In this document: positions 1 through 8,874 of the stretch, piece after piece | Layout: every line of letters starts with the position of its first letter | Position numbering within the stretch: the stretch's first letter is position 1 | Assembly (NCBI GenBank): GCA_036844485.1 | Contig: DAIUFS010000005.1 | Location: 4,825 to 64,697, forward strand | Length of the DNA stretch: 59,873 nucleotides | From: Candidatus Dormiibacterota bacterium | Lineage (GTDB): Bacteria > Chloroflexota > Dormibacteria > Aeolococcales > Aeolococcaceae | Direction of reading: 5' to 3' | Program-made: the position numbers and the translations under genes | The notes under the pieces: model-generated | The model's database searches: none | Told to the model about the DNA's origin: nothing | The model's input: only the letters and a program-made list of their open reading frames with translations

Positions 1-173
1 CGGCGGGCGGCCCGCCGGATGGCTCAGGGCGCGCTGAGGCGGCCCGCGTCGGTGCGCCGCGTCGAGGTGGTGGCCCTCTTCTGGCATCCTCCATTCGGGA
101 CCGACGCCGGCCTGACGATGACCTCCCCAGGCGAGGGTGCACTAGCTGGTTACCTGGCTCAAGGTCGAAACCC

Positions 174-202
174 TTGACGCTGCCCTCCCACCCGCCTACC
201 GT
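174..202 (+). promoter_or_regulatory. Sigma70-type promoter for the tad-like operon
   Basis: TTGACG (174-179), 17-nt spacer, TACCGT (197-202), about 100 nt upstream of the ATG at 303. Confidence 0.55.
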
Positions 203-302
203 CTCCGCCCGTCTGGCGTCGGGCCGCACCGCCGAATTCTCAATCAACCTGCCTGGCGCCGGACGGGGCACGGACGAGGGTTGACGGGGAAGGGCGCGAA
301 CG

Positions 303-938
303 ATGAACCGGCGTCGCCTGGCTGCAGCTGTGTTGTTCAGCACGGTCATCGTGCTGGTGCTCGGCGTGATGGTCTACCTCCAGCAGGCGGGCGGCCAGCA
401 GACGGTGACCGTGTACATCCTCAGGCACTCGGTGCTGGCCGGAAGCACCTACAGCGCCGACGACGTCGTTGCGGTGCCGGTGCACGCAGCGGAGGGTGAC
501 TTCAACTACGAGCACCGTTCAGCGGCGCAATACGCCGCCCGCTACACCGAGGACCTGCGGGGCAACGACATCCTGCGGGACGACGACCTTGTGGATCTCC
601 GGGCGGAGGTGGAGATCGCGCTGACGCTGCAATCTCCCCCACCTCTTTCTGCCGGAGATCGCGTCGATGTGTTCGCAACCATGGGCGGGGGCCGCCAGGC
701 ACGTATCGGGCAGGCGATGACTGTGCTGACCGTCTCCGGCGGCGCGCTCACCATCTTGGTGCCCATCGACCAGGAGGAGGCCTGGATCTCGGTGGCTGCA
801 TCGAGCATTGCGTTGCACGGGGCTCGATCGGGCCAGCAGGCTGGCGCGGCTGTGCAGCCGCTCAGTCCGGCTGACGCCGTGAGCGGCCTGTGTGGATCGA
901 ATTGTTCGGGGTTGATCGGCGGCAGCCCCTCGCCATGA
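303..938 (+). CDS. SAF-domain / CpaB(RcpC)-like Flp pilus assembly protein with N-terminal TM anchor
   Basis: N-terminal hydrophobic helix, SAF-like segment (VYILRHSVLAGSTYSADDV...LRGNDILRDDDL), RcpC-like 'LSAGDRVDVFAT'; first gene of a tad-like cluster. Confidence 0.7.
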   Translation: MNRRRLAAAVLFSTVIVLVLGVMVYLQQAGGQQTVTVYILRHSVLAGSTYSADDVVAVPVHAAEGDFNYEHRSAAQYAARYTEDLRGNDILRDDDLVDLRAEVEIALTLQSPPPLSAGDRVDVFATMGGGRQARIGQAMTVLTVSGGALTILVPIDQEEAWISVAASSIALHGARSGQQAGAAVQPLSPADAVSGLCGSNCSGLIGGSPSP

Positions 939-1657
939 GCACGCTCATCGCGGTCTACACGACTCGAGCCGGACAGACGTCGACTCACTGGGCGGTGTGC
1001 CTGGCGTGGGCCTTGGCCGAACGCCACCGGGTGCTGCTGGTCGATTGCGACATGGAGGGCGGCACCATCGCCGACCTGCTCCTCCTGCGGACTGATGGCC
1101 GAGGTGTCGCCAACTGCTTCGGTGATCGTCCTGCAACCACGGCTCAGCTGGCTGACCAGGCCGTGGCCCATCCGGCGAGAGAACGACTGCACGTGGTTCC
1201 CGGACTGGCACGGAGCTACGGGTATGAGGTCAGCGAGTGTCTTCGAAAGCTGGCGCCGGCGCTGGCGGGTGCAAGCGCAGACGTGGTGGTGGCTGATCTC
1301 GGCCACCCGCTGTCGCATCCCGGGCTGCGTTCGCCGAGAGCCGCTGCTGAGGCCATCTGTTCCGTGTTCGGGAGGGCCTTCATCGTCATTCGCGACGATC
1401 CCGCTCTGCTGTCACGGAGCATCGCGGTCCTGCAGGCGGCGAGGCCGCCCCATGGCGAGCTGATCATCTGCCACCAGCACGGCCGTGCCTACCGCCGGGC
1501 GATCCTGGAGAGCCTGCAGCACAACCTTCCCGAGATGGCGATCCGCGACGTATGGCAATGGGACGAGGCGCGGGCCGCGAGGATGGCCGAGAGCGGAGTG
1601 CCGGCGTCGTTGCTCGGCGTGATCGCGGACCTCAACATCGTGCCTGTGAGCGCGTGA
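935..1657 (+). CDS. CpaE/TadZ-like MinD/ParA-family protein with degenerate P-loop
   Basis: ATGA overlap with the upstream gene; 'RVLLVDCDMEGG' and 'DVVVADLG' are MinD/ParA-like; the Walker A position reads TTRAGQTST. Confidence 0.7.
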   Translation: MSTLIAVYTTRAGQTSTHWAVCLAWALAERHRVLLVDCDMEGGTIADLLLLRTDGRGVANCFGDRPATTAQLADQAVAHPARERLHVVPGLARSYGYEVSECLRKLAPALAGASADVVVADLGHPLSHPGLRSPRAAAEAICSVFGRAFIVIRDDPALLSRSIAVLQAARPPHGELIICHQHGRAYRRAILESLQHNLPEMAIRDVWQWDEARAARMAESGVPASLLGVIADLNIVPVSA

Positions 1658-3069
1658 TGCCTCCAGCCACCGACTCCGCCACCACCGAGCTCCGGCACTC
1701 GGCCATGTCGGCGAACCCAGAGGTGCCGGTCACCAGGTGGCCGGAGATTGCCTCCGAGGAGCTCGAGGTGGCTCAGGCCATCGCTGACGCGGTGATCCGA
1801 GGGCGCGGCGGGGAGCCGGCATCCGTGCTCCATGAAGAGCGGCTGCACACTGATGTTTCTGCCGTGATCGAGCGGGCCATCGCCTCGCCATCCACCAGCG
1901 GCCTGCCACTCGCCGTGGTCAGTGAACTCTCCGCCAACCAGGGATATCGGGACGTTGCCCGCCGCAACGCAGCCATCCTGGCCTCGCACCTCTGGCCACT
2001 GTCGCTGCTCATCTACGGCGCGGACCTGGAGAACATCACGTGCCTGGGGCACGACCACTGGCTGGTGAGCCTGGTTGGACGCAAGCTCTCACTGGTTGGC
2101 AACAGTCCCTTCGCCAGCGATGAGGATTGCATCGAGTTCTTTCGACGCGCGGTGCGGCTTCGCGGTGTCACCGGCGATCACAGCATCACGGACGCGGCAC
2201 CAATCGCCGAAGCCAATATCGGCAGTGTCGCGCGACTGTGCGTCGCCAAGCGCCCCGCCGTGTCGGGACAGGCGGCACTCAAGGCGGCAATCCGAATCCC
2301 GGCGAGGTCCAAGGTGCGCGACCTCGACGACTACGTGCACGCCGCGGTGATGCCGGAGGGGATGGCGCGCTTCATCGGAGCTTGCGTCGACGCGCGCGTG
2401 AACCTCATGATCGCCGGGGGCACGAGCACTGGGAAGACCACCCTGATGCGCGTTCTGTGCGGCATGGTCCCGCCCAGCGAGCACTTGGTGGTGGTCGAGG
2501 ACGGAGCGGAGCTTCATCTGGACCAGGATCGTGGCGACGGTCATCCGTGGCACACGCTGACCTCGGCTCTGTCGACAATCCCGTCGGTTCGCGCGGAGGT
2601 GGAGGCCGGTCAGTTGACAATGTTCGACCTGGTGCGTCACGCCCTGCGTTTCCAGCCGGACAGGCTGATTCTCGGTGAGTCCCGCGGCGAGGAGATGGCC
2701 GCCGTGTGCAAGGCTCTGATGACCGGGCACGATGGTTCCATGACCACAATCCATGCCGAGGACGCCGAGCTGGCGCTGGACCAGGCGGTGCAGTACGTCA
2801 TGGAGAACCGTCGTTTCACGGGCAACGAGAAGATGGCCAAGCGCGTCGTCGAGCACGCCATTCACCTGGTGCTGCACCTCGCCAACCAGGACGGACGCAG
2901 GCGCGTCACCGGCATTCTTGCGGTCGAGCGCGGTGGCAATCACAAATGGATCTATCGTCAGACCGACGGAGGTGGCTGGCGACGCATGACCGAGCTCGTA
3001 GGCAACCTCAGCCGCCTCGGATCACGATTGCACGCTCATCTGCAAAGTGACGAGATTCCGGTCCCGTGA
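1657..3069 (+). CDS. cpaF: CpaF/TadA (VirB11-family) secretion ATPase
   Basis: Walker A GGTSTGKTT, Asp box VEDGAEL, Walker B LRFQPDRLILGESRG, His box GHDGSMTTIHA; TGATG overlap gives the start. Confidence 0.93.
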   Translation: MPPATDSATTELRHSAMSANPEVPVTRWPEIASEELEVAQAIADAVIRGRGGEPASVLHEERLHTDVSAVIERAIASPSTSGLPLAVVSELSANQGYRDVARRNAAILASHLWPLSLLIYGADLENITCLGHDHWLVSLVGRKLSLVGNSPFASDEDCIEFFRRAVRLRGVTGDHSITDAAPIAEANIGSVARLCVAKRPAVSGQAALKAAIRIPARSKVRDLDDYVHAAVMPEGMARFIGACVDARVNLMIAGGTSTGKTTLMRVLCGMVPPSEHLVVVEDGAELHLDQDRGDGHPWHTLTSALSTIPSVRAEVEAGQLTMFDLVRHALRFQPDRLILGESRGEEMAAVCKALMTGHDGSMTTIHAEDAELALDQAVQYVMENRRFTGNEKMAKRVVEHAIHLVLHLANQDGRRRVTGILAVERGGNHKWIYRQTDGGGWRRMTELVGNLSRLGSRLHAHLQSDEIPVP

Positions 3070-3986
3070 CTCTGATCAGTGTCGGCCTGAGCGGGACGCA
3101 GTTCGTCGGGTTTCTGGTCGTCATCGCGTGCGCCTGTGGTGCTGTGGCAGCCATCCTCGACCTCGACATCCACGCTCTGGGGCGCGACCGTGCCCCGTCA
3201 CCCCTCCTGGAGCGCGAGCGCGACCTCGCCGCCAACCTCGGATGGCGATGGCGGAGTTGGGTCACCGTCCGCCTCGCTCTGATCGCAGCCGGGGTGGGAC
3301 TGGGACTCCTGTCGCGCATCTGGATCCTGGTTCTCATCGGCGGCCTGCTCGGCGTTTTCGGGTTTCGGTTCGCCCTGGCCGGCCGCGCGGCAACCCGTCG
3401 GCTGCGCGTCGAACGAGCCTTTCTGGGACGTTTGCGCGACCTCCGCGATCGGATGGCGATTGGCAACCAGTCTCTCGACACGGCGCTCCAGGAGATCGGT
3501 CGCAACCCCGGCCCCGAGCTGGAATACGTTCTGGCGCCGTTGGCTCGCGGGGGCTCGGTTCTCGATAACATCGTGGCTGTGGGAGCGCGCGCGCGCTCGC
3601 CCGTGGTCGAGTACGCGTGCGCAGTCCTGCTGTGGACGCGCAGCCGCAGCCTGGACGCGCTCATCGAGGCGATCGATGAGCTTCTTCTGCCGGTAGGTGA
3701 AGCACAACTGGCGGTTGAGGAGGAGGCCTCGGTCACCCTCACGCAACAGCGCGCGGTCACCATCGCCATGTCGGTCTTGATGCTCGTCATGTTCGCGGTG
3801 ATCGTGCGTGTGGATACCTTCCGCGCCTTTTACCAGTCGTTGGAGGGCAACGTGGTGCTGGTCATGGTGGTGCTGATCTTTGCCGCGCTGGTCGGACTTC
3901 TGGGTGTCATCGTCCGAGTGCGCGGCTGGACTCGTTGGGATCTGCGTCGCCTCGCCGAGGAGCAGGAGAGACTCGGTGCCCAATGA
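3066..3986 (+). CDS. tadB: TadB-like type II secretion system F-family membrane protein
   Basis: Follows cpaF (GTGA overlap); N-terminal TM pair, central helical domain ('GNQSLDTALQEIG'), two C-terminal TMs. Confidence 0.75.
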   Translation: MTLISVGLSGTQFVGFLVVIACACGAVAAILDLDIHALGRDRAPSPLLERERDLAANLGWRWRSWVTVRLALIAAGVGLGLLSRIWILVLIGGLLGVFGFRFALAGRAATRRLRVERAFLGRLRDLRDRMAIGNQSLDTALQEIGRNPGPELEYVLAPLARGGSVLDNIVAVGARARSPVVEYACAVLLWTRSRSLDALIEAIDELLLPVGEAQLAVEEEASVTLTQQRAVTIAMSVLMLVMFAVIVRVDTFRAFYQSLEGNVVLVMVVLIFAALVGLLGVIVRVRGWTRWDLRRLAEEQERLGAQ

Positions 3987-4875
3987 CCTCTGGCCGTATG
4001 TCCTTCTGACCATCGCCGTGGTGGCCCTGTGGGCGCTGGGACTCGCGCGTCTGGGCTTCCTGACGGGCGCCGACGTCCGCGCCTGGCGCCGGCTTGCCGT
4101 CCTGCGCGGCTACAGCCGGCCGCAGACCAGGTTGGAACGTGCCGCGGGACGGAGCCCGGTGCTGCGCCGGCTCCAGGAGGAGCTCGATCTCCGTCGTCTC
4201 CTGGCTGTTGCCGATCGCGATGAAACCGATACCGCCTTCCTCGCCCGCACGGTCTTCCTCGCCCTGCTGGCCATGACCGTGACCCTGGTGGTGGATACCG
4301 GCACGCGCCTCGGTGCCGGAGACTTCATCGTGTCTCCGTGGATCGCGGCCCTCATTGCCATGTTGGTCGTGCTGCTCCGCTTTTCTGCCCTCCGGGCCGC
4401 AGCACGGCGACGGCGGGAGAATGCTGACCGCACCCTCGGCGACATGATGATGCTGGTTGCCATCATGACCGACGGTCGCGGCCTCCAGGTCGAGGACGCC
4501 GTGCGGATCCTGGCAAGGTGTGTGAGATCGTCCGACTTGCGCAGCCTCGTCGAGGGCGGCTGGCGGCGGCTCATCCCCTCTCAGCCACGCAGCACGGCCG
4601 ATCTGTACCGGGCAATCGGCACCGAATACCGGCTCATGCAGTTCACGCTGGTCTCTGACGCCCTCAGCACAACCAACGTCGGAGTCGCCGAGCGGGACAC
4701 CTACACGCGTGTGGCCCAGGCGGTCTACCAGCAACGCCTCACCGAGGCGAGGATGCGTGCGGCGAGAGCGCGAATCCTGGTGACCTTGCCGGTGGCCGGG
4801 ATGCTCGTACCCCTGCTGCTGCTCCTCGGCGCCCCCACCTTTCAGAGCATCACCGTGGGCCTCGGGGGCGGCTGA
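3976..4875 (+). CDS. tadC: TadC-like type II secretion system F-family membrane protein
   Basis: Follows tadB; T2SSF-like 'GRGLQVEDAVRIL'; C-terminal '...ARARILVTLPVAGMLVPLLLLLGAP' is typical of TadC; GTG start inferred. Confidence 0.75.
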   Translation: MPNDLWPYVLLTIAVVALWALGLARLGFLTGADVRAWRRLAVLRGYSRPQTRLERAAGRSPVLRRLQEELDLRRLLAVADRDETDTAFLARTVFLALLAMTVTLVVDTGTRLGAGDFIVSPWIAALIAMLVVLLRFSALRAAARRRRENADRTLGDMMMLVAIMTDGRGLQVEDAVRILARCVRSSDLRSLVEGGWRRLIPSQPRSTADLYRAIGTEYRLMQFTLVSDALSTTNVGVAERDTYTRVAQAVYQQRLTEARMRAARARILVTLPVAGMLVPLLLLLGAPTFQSITVGLGGG

Positions 4876-4876
4876 C

Positions 4877-5254
4877 GTGGTGGTGCACCGCTTGCTCAGC
4901 GCCGCCGCCCTGATCGGCCTGACAGCCGCGCTCGCAGTCGTCGCCGGTTGGCCGGACGTTGGTCGAAGTCTGGATCTGGTGACCGGCCGCACCGTGACGG
5001 GCGCAACCGAGTTCGCCGTCATAGGCTTGCTCTGCTGGTTGATGCTCGCCGTCATGTCCGTCTTGGCGACTGTGGACGCTCTGCGACGCGCATCACGGCA
5101 GTCCGGCATCTTCACCCGATGGCTGTGGTGTTTGGTGATTCTTACCGCGGGAAGCACTCTGCTCGTCGCCGGGATCGCTCGGCATCAGAACCAATATCGG
5201 GTGTGCTGTGCCAATGCAGACACCGCTCAACAGGCGGAGCAACTTGTCCACTGA
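4877..5254 (+). CDS. Hypothetical 3-TM membrane protein (in the usual pilin position of the operon)
   Basis: ORF starts 1 nt after the tadC stop; three hydrophobic segments; C-terminal vicinal CC. Confidence 0.65.
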   Translation: MVVHRLLSAAALIGLTAALAVVAGWPDVGRSLDLVTGRTVTGATEFAVIGLLCWLMLAVMSVLATVDALRRASRQSGIFTRWLWCLVILTAGSTLLVAGIARHQNQYRVCCANADTAQQAEQLVH

Positions 5255-6782
5255 AGCCCGAGGGCTCGCCTTCATCTCGCTGCTCCGCGATGAGGTCGAG
5301 GCGCAAGCGCTCGCGTACCAGCTGGAGCGTGTCTCTCGCCCCTCCGCCAGAACCCCGATGGTGTTCCTGGTCCCCGGTGTGCGCGGCCTGGACTTCTTTG
5401 CCTCCACCGCCAGCCAGCCCGCGGTCGACCGCTGGTGGGCCAGCCATGTGCCGCCATCAGCGATGCCCGTCTACCTGCTCCGCCACGAGCACGGCCTGGC
5501 CGAATGGTTGGGCGGTTTGGACGGCGTATTCATGGTGGCGGCGCACCAGTCGGCGGCAGCCGCCTACTCCTCTTGGACGGTCATCGACGCCGACCACGAA
5601 TCAGCACCATCGGCACTCGCGAACGCAGCGATCGGCCGTTTTGGGATGCCTCCCGAGCCGGTTCAGCCCTCGGTGGCCGACATCTTCGATCGCACCGCCG
5701 CACCAATGATCGCCGCAGCCACCTCTGCCGGCAGCGCTGGCTCCGGCCGTCCCCGGCTTCCAACTCTGCTGCGTATCGACGGCGCTGAGGAGTCGGAGCC
5801 AGGCGGGGCTTCCGTGGCTGCCCCCGATCCCTTCGACCTCCTCGCCGCCGAGAGCGCTCGCAGCGAAGCGCAATCGCCCTCCATGGTCTCCCACAGCGAC
5901 GGGGGGTTCCGCCGGCCCCGGTCTGCAGCGGCGGGCATCCGGTCGCGGCTGCCACTGCTGGCCCGGCGCAGCAAGCCGGGCATGACGGACGCCGCCCTCG
6001 CGGCCCTCCTCGTCAATCGCGCTCCGACCCTGGTCGTCCTCGGATCGCGAAAGGGCGGCGTGGGCAAGACCAGTCATGCGGCGGGAATCGCCATCGCTGC
6101 CGGTGGAGTGCTCGACTCGGTCGGCCACCAGGCCGCGCTCGTCGACGCCAACATCGCCAACCCGGATGCGTGGGGCCAGCTCAACCTCCCCGCGCACGCG
6201 GCGACGGTGCGCGACGTGGCAGCTGCGCTCGGCAACGGCACCGAGCCGCCTCTCCCCATCCATGCGGCCACGCCGGCCCTGGCCTGCTATCCGGAGCGGC
6301 GCGACGGCGCCGAGTACAGCCGCACCGATATCCGACGGCTGGCAGCGCACCTGCGCGCCCGGTACACGTTCGTCGTGGTGGACATGAGCAACCGACTCCC
6401 GGATCCGACCGGCGGACCCGAGGCCACGGTGGCGGCGTACTGGCTGGAGGAGGCGGACGCGCTCGTTCTGCCGACGGCGACGAGCCGGCAGGACTTCAAC
6501 GGCGTCCTCGACTATCTCGACGTGTCCGACCTTCCGCCAACCGTGGTCCCCTGCATCGTGTCCTCGGCCCGTCGCAATCGACGTCACCCCATGACCCGGC
6601 AGTACCTCGACTCGATCACCGCGCGTGTGCAACGGCTGATCGAGCTTCCCGACGAAGCCGACAGCGTTCGCTTGGCAAGCATGGAAGGAGCCGCTGTGCA
6701 GGACCTGTCGCCGAGGATGCGCCGCGCCTACCGTGATCTCACCGAGGCGGTCGCACGACTGCCGGCGCGCGGGCGCCGATGA
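5244..6782 (+). CDS. MinD/ParA-family ATPase with long N-terminal extension
   Basis: Deviant Walker A SRKGGVGKTS, 'ALVDANIANPD', 'FVVVDMS'; TTG start at 5244 with GGAG upstream, overlapping the previous stop. Confidence 0.8.
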   Translation: MSTEARGLAFISLLRDEVEAQALAYQLERVSRPSARTPMVFLVPGVRGLDFFASTASQPAVDRWWASHVPPSAMPVYLLRHEHGLAEWLGGLDGVFMVAAHQSAAAAYSSWTVIDADHESAPSALANAAIGRFGMPPEPVQPSVADIFDRTAAPMIAAATSAGSAGSGRPRLPTLLRIDGAEESEPGGASVAAPDPFDLLAAESARSEAQSPSMVSHSDGGFRRPRSAAAGIRSRLPLLARRSKPGMTDAALAALLVNRAPTLVVLGSRKGGVGKTSHAAGIAIAAGGVLDSVGHQAALVDANIANPDAWGQLNLPAHAATVRDVAAALGNGTEPPLPIHAATPALACYPERRDGAEYSRTDIRRLAAHLRARYTFVVVDMSNRLPDPTGGPEATVAAYWLEEADALVLPTATSRQDFNGVLDYLDVSDLPPTVVPCIVSSARRNRRHPMTRQYLDSITARVQRLIELPDEADSVRLASMEGAAVQDLSPRMRRAYRDLTEAVARLPARGRR

Positions 6783-7219
6783 ACCTGGCGCGGGCGATCC
6801 GCGGGCGCCGTATTGGTGCGGACGACGATGCGCGACGCAGCCAGCGGGTGGCTGAGGTGTTGGGACTTATCGAGCGCTTCGTGTACGACCTCGGACTGCT
6901 CATCGCCGGTTGCGTCGTCGACCTCCATACCTACGTGGAGATGTCCGCGGCCTCGCGCTTGCGCAGCGCGCTCGAACCGGCTCGGACCGTTGTGGGGATG
7001 GTGCGCCCCGATTTCGGTGAGTACGCGCAGGTTCGAATCGAGGGCGACCTCCTCGACCTGTCCGCATCGGTACGGGCCGTGGTTGAGTTCGACGATCGCT
7101 CCACGCGTTCGGACGGCCCGGGAGGTTCGGTGGCCAGGTCGCGACGGCGGATTCGGGTGCGGCTGGTCCTCGATCCGGGGATAACCACGGTTCTCGACCA
7201 CCGCATCGAGGTGATGTGA
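6779..7219 (+). CDS. Hypothetical protein (possible NTF2/cystatin-like fold)
   Basis: ATGA-coupled to the MinD-like gene; helical N-terminus followed by alternating beta-strand pattern. Confidence 0.6.
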   Translation: MNLARAIRGRRIGADDDARRSQRVAEVLGLIERFVYDLGLLIAGCVVDLHTYVEMSAASRLRSALEPARTVVGMVRPDFGEYAQVRIEGDLLDLSASVRAVVEFDDRSTRSDGPGGSVARSRRRIRVRLVLDPGITTVLDHRIEVM

Positions 7220-7806
7220 TGTCTGGTGCCCGGGAGCCCGGCGTCATCGATCGTCGTCCGCAGAACCTTCCGGTGCCGCTGGGTGGGGACGCACCGGTTC
7301 GGGCACACCGCTCGCAGCGACGCCGACACATCCGAGGGCGCGCCGGGTTCCTCGTCGCCGGTGCCGGAGTCACCTGCGCCGCGCTGGGTCTGGGGCTACT
7401 TGCCGCCCCCGCGGCCACCGCGGCATCGCTGCTCGGGGACCGCGTCGAAATAGGCAGCATGGTGCTGCGCGAGAAAGGCCAGATCGGTGGATCCCATGCG
7501 ATTGTCTATTCGGGCGACGCATCCTACGTTCTGACCGAACATGGCGACGGGTCGGCGACGGCCGCGGCAGCGTGGGTGTCTTCGGGGGTGAACCTCTCCG
7601 GGGTATGCACCCTCAGGCCAGTGGAGGCTCGGCTGATCGACGAGTGCACCTTCACGATGAGCAGCGGGCAGCTCACGTCCGTCGACGTGCTCGACCCCGC
7701 TCGAGGCCAGGAGTGGCAGCGGACGTACGACGATGGTGTGCGCGCCTCCATCGTGGTGTCACCGGACGGTGCCGCAATCCCGGTGCCGTTCCCGATCGGG
7801 CGCTAG
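7216..7806 (+). CDS. Hypothetical secreted/membrane-anchored protein
   Basis: Overlap-coupled; Arg-rich n-region, hydrophobic stretch, AxA motif (ATAAS), beta-rich C-terminal domain with 2 Cys. Confidence 0.65.
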   Translation: MMSGAREPGVIDRRPQNLPVPLGGDAPVRAHRSQRRRHIRGRAGFLVAGAGVTCAALGLGLLAAPAATAASLLGDRVEIGSMVLREKGQIGGSHAIVYSGDASYVLTEHGDGSATAAAAWVSSGVNLSGVCTLRPVEARLIDECTFTMSSGQLTSVDVLDPARGQEWQRTYDDGVRASIVVSPDGAAIPVPFPIGR

Positions 7807-7888
7807 CGGCTGCAGCGGCCCGGGGAAGCGGAACATCCCGTCTCTGGCAGGATGGAGGAGCCATGACCGACCCGTCGCCGGATCTCAC

Positions 7889-8647
7889 ATGACCGCCAGC
7901 TCCATCCTCCTCGTCGTCGCCGTCTTCCTCGCCAGCGCGGTGGAGATGGTGGAGGCGGCCACCATCGTGGGCGCGGTCGGGGTCACCCGCGGCTGGCGCG
8001 GAGCCCTCCTCGGGGTGGGCGCGGGGCTGCTGGCGCTGGGGGTGGTCGTCGCCGCCCTGGGGCCCGCCCTCACCGCCATCCCCCTCAGCGCGCTGCGCCT
8101 GGCGGTGGGCGGGCTGCTTCTGGTCTTCGGGCTGGGATGGCTGCGCAAGGCCATCCTCCGCGCTGCCGGCCTCAAGGCCCTCCACAACGAGACGGAGACC
8201 TTTCGCGAGCAGCGCGAGCTCGCCCGCGAAGCGGCCGTGGCCGCCGGCCGCCTCGACACGTACGGGTTCACCCTGAGCTTCAAGGGAGTGCTTCTCGAGG
8301 GCCTGGAGGTGGTGTTCATCGTCATCACCTTCGGCAGCAACCAGGGCGGCATCGGGCTGGCCGCGCTCGGTGCTCTCGCCGCCGCCGTGATCGTCCTGGG
8401 CACGGTGGTGGTGGTGCGGGCACCTCTGTCACGCGTGCCGGAGAACACCATGAAGTTCGTCGTCGGCTGCTTGCTCACCTCCTTCGGCACCTTCTGGGGA
8501 GCCGAGGGGGCCGGCGTCACATGGCCGGGCGCGGACATCGCACTGGCCGTGCTCATCCCGGCGACGGTGCTGATCAGCGTCGCCATGGTCGCGGCCCTGC
8601 GTCGCACCACGGGGGCTGCGGCTGTCACGCAACCCGGTGCCGCGTGA
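7889..8647 (+). CDS. COG4280-type multi-pass membrane protein (GDT1/UPF0016-like repeat architecture)
   Basis: Two internal repeats with acidic TM motifs 'SAVEMVEAATIV' and 'VLLEGLEVVFIV'. Confidence 0.8.
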   Translation: MTASSILLVVAVFLASAVEMVEAATIVGAVGVTRGWRGALLGVGAGLLALGVVVAALGPALTAIPLSALRLAVGGLLLVFGLGWLRKAILRAAGLKALHNETETFREQRELAREAAVAAGRLDTYGFTLSFKGVLLEGLEVVFIVITFGSNQGGIGLAALGALAAAVIVLGTVVVVRAPLSRVPENTMKFVVGCLLTSFGTFWGAEGAGVTWPGADIALAVLIPATVLISVAMVAALRRTTGAAAVTQPGAA

Positions 8648-8865
8648 TGCGGCACGTGCGCGCCTTCGTCCTGTTCTGGTGGGACTTCATCGTCGGCGAC
8701 GACTACCGGATCGCGCTTGGGGTGGTTGTCCTGCTCACGGCCACCGCCCTGCTCAGCCGAGCCGGCGTCGCGGTGTGGTGGCTTCTGCCGCTCGGCGTGG
8801 TGGCCATGCTGGCGGTGTCGGTGTTCTCCGTCGCCCGCGACCGTCGCGGTCAAGGCAAGGGATGA
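8647..8865 (+). CDS. Small 2-TM membrane protein
   Basis: TGATG coupling; 'FWWDFIVGDDYRIALGVV' followed by two hydrophobic helices. Confidence 0.75.
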   Translation: MRHVRAFVLFWWDFIVGDDYRIALGVVVLLTATALLSRAGVAVWWLLPLGVVAMLAVSVFSVARDRRGQGKG

Positions 8866-8874
8866 CCGGTGCGG

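Noticed and set aside
1-120. Possible partial CDS on the minus strand (ATG at 94 or 87) and an edge hairpin
   Set aside because: Low-complexity translation, no recognisable motif, truncated by the window edge
121-300. Riboswitch (c-di-GMP/c-di-AMP) upstream of the tad-like operon
   Set aside because: Only a GAAA-containing 6-bp stem; the conserved aptamer motifs are absent, and a promoter/operator explains it better
7330-7360. Class III (prepilin) cleavage site 'AG|FLVAG' in the 7216 product
   Set aside because: No Glu at +5; a standard AxA signal peptide fits better
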